From positions 1-27,446 of the forward strand of contig JARRRI010000016.1 in assembly GCA_037380845.1 (NCBI GenBank): a stretch of 27,446 bases of DNA, in the 5' to 3' direction. Shown here piece after piece: positions 25,944 through 27,446 of the stretch (its first letter is position 1; each line of letters begins with the position of its first letter). The DNA comes from Candidatus Sulfobium sp. (lineage in GTDB: Bacteria; Nitrospirota; Thermodesulfovibrionia; Thermodesulfovibrionales; UBA6898). A model generated the notes under the pieces. The model had not been told where the DNA came from. It saw only the letters and a list, made by a program, of their open reading frames with translations, and did no database searches. Both the position numbers and the translations under genes were made by a program.

Positions 25944-27080
25944 TCAAAGACGATGCCCATTCCAGAATTCATGAAATGCTTCAATCACTCTTCCAGCTTC
26001 CATCAATTCACAAAACAGTGGGAGACGAATAAGCCGTTCACTTATTCTCACAGTCGTATCGAGACTCCCACTGCACCTCCCATAGCGCATTCCCGCTGGC
26101 GAGGAATGGAGGGGTACATAATGAAACACCGTCATGATCCCCCTCTTCTTCATGTAATCTATAAGCCGCGTTCTGACTGTCAGGTCCTCCAGTAACAGAT
26201 AATACATGTGGGCATTGTGACAGCAGTTGTCAGGGATTACCGGCCGACGGACCTTACCTGAAATCTCCAGGGAAGCAAACACCTTATGATATCCTTCCCA
26301 GATCTCCATGCGGCGATTGGTTATAGCTTCCGCCTCTTCCATTTGGGCATAGAGGAAGGCCGCAATCAATTCTCCCGGCAGATAAGAAGACCCGATATCT
26401 ACCCAGGTATACTTATCGACCTGCCCACGAAAGAATTTACTGCGGTTTGTCCCCTTCTCCCTGATGATCTCGGCCCTCTCGACAAAGCCCTCATTATTGA
26501 TGAGCAAAGCTCCTCCTTCTCCGGAGATAAGGTTTTTGGTTTCATGGAAGCTGATCGCCCCCATATGTCCTATGCTCCCGAGGGCCTTACCTTTATAATT
26601 AGCCATCACACCCTGGGCCGCATCTTCAATGACCATGAGGTTATGGCGTCGGGCGATATCCATAATGGCATCCATCTCACACCCGACACCCGCGTAATGC
26701 ACCGGAACAATTGCCCTGGTCTTCGGAGTAATCGCAGCCTCTATCAACTTCTCGTCCATATTAAGTGTGTCTTCCCGTATATCAACGAACACCGGAACTC
26801 CACCACGTAAGACAAAGGCGTTCGCGGTCGAGACAAAAGTATAGGAGGGCATAATAACTTCATCCCCCGGCTGGATGTCGGCAAGGATCGCCGTCATCTC
26901 CAGTGCCGCAGTACATGAATGAGTCAACAGAGCCTTGAGACATCCGGTGTTCTTTTCCAGCCACTCGTGACACTTCTTGGTAAACTCCCCATCGCCTGCA
27001 AGCATACCCTTATGATGAGCCTGGCTGATATACCATAGCTCCTTTCCCGTCATATAAGGTTTATTGAAGGGGAGTTTCAT
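25944..27080 (-). CDS. rffA: dTDP-4-amino-4,6-dideoxygalactose transaminase (WecE/RffA)
   Basis: MKLPFNKPY, LLTHSCTAALEM, PSYTFVSTANAF, EDAAQG, SFHETKN (PLP lysine), EKGTNRSKFFRGQVDKYTW and FHYVPLHSSP. Start taken at ATG 27080. Confidence 0.96.
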   Translation of the reverse strand: MKLPFNKPYMTGKELWYISQAHHKGMLAGDGEFTKKCHEWLEKNTGCLKALLTHSCTAALEMTAILADIQPGDEVIMPSYTFVSTANAFVLRGGVPVFVDIREDTLNMDEKLIEAAITPKTRAIVPVHYAGVGCEMDAIMDIARRHNLMVIEDAAQGVMANYKGKALGSIGHMGAISFHETKNLISGEGGALLINNEGFVERAEIIREKGTNRSKFFRGQVDKYTWVDIGSSYLPGELIAAFLYAQMEEAEAITNRRMEIWEGYHKVFASLEISGKVRRPVIPDNCCHNAHMYYLLLEDLTVRTRLIDYMKKRGIMTVFHYVPLHSSPAGMRYGRCSGSLDTTVRISERLIRLPLFCELMEAGRVIEAFHEFWNGHRL

Positions 27081-27222
27081 TCTGTTTTGTAATCCTTGTT
27101 TGATGCATCTGGCCAGCCCGCGGCAACAAGACATTTACGATTCAATATCATGCTCAGGGGCCTAAAAGGTGTTGAAGATCAACACATGGCAGGCGGAGTC
27201 GATTGAAAGAAATTGACAAAAA

Positions 27223-27446
27223 CTAATTCTTGGCCACATACTCAAAGAGCAAATTAATAGTATTGACGCTGTCCAGATCAAGATCTCCCAGTTCTTTCCC
27301 CGCAAACTTCTCAATTTCAAGAACAAGATTCATTCTGTCGAGAGAGTCAATCCCATAATCTTCGAAAGTCTCATCGTCGCCTATTGACACGTCGCTCCTG
27401 TTGGTCACACTCTTGATTGCGCTTATCACATTGTTTCTGAATTCAT
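27223..27446 (-). CDS. Acyl carrier protein (start lies beyond window end)
   Basis: YGIDSLDRMNLVLEIE phosphopantetheine motif; the frame is open to the window edge (EFRNNVISAIK..). Confidence 0.88.
   Translation of the reverse strand, partial: EFRNNVISAIKSVTNRSDVSIGDDETFEDYGIDSLDRMNLVLEIEKFAGKELGDLDLDSVNTINLLFEYVAKN

Overview
Bacterial chromosomal segment, GC-rich and mostly coding on the minus strand. The gene style suggests a Nitrospirota- or Desulfobacterota-like anaerobe, but this is an impression only. The left half is housekeeping and signalling: ileS (5' part), a hybrid histidine kinase with an orphan PstS-fold binding protein, scpA, an NfnAB-type transhydrogenase pair, a small lipoprotein and rsmD-coaD. 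The right half is a mosaic surface-glycan locus: ACP, wecE/rffA, a GT-C-like membrane protein, a GtrII-like pseudogene, two GT4s, rmlC, two rmlA copies, two GT2s, DUF2304, a VanZ-like gene and a PDZ/repeat protein. VapBC and MNT-HEPN toxin-antitoxin modules are embedded between the two rmlA copies. The most notable item is a 354-bp cassette (10834-11187) in which a small GIY-YIG nuclease gene is bracketed by perfect 27-bp inverted hairpin repeats. Gene-less doublets of the same repeat family occur elsewhere in the window, suggesting an autonomous/non-autonomous REP system driven by a GIY-YIG enzyme rather than a RAYT. Also seen: a 193-bp TA-bounded foldback element, several probable leaderless transcripts, 7-nt periodic intergenic repeats, and signs of decay in the glycan locus.
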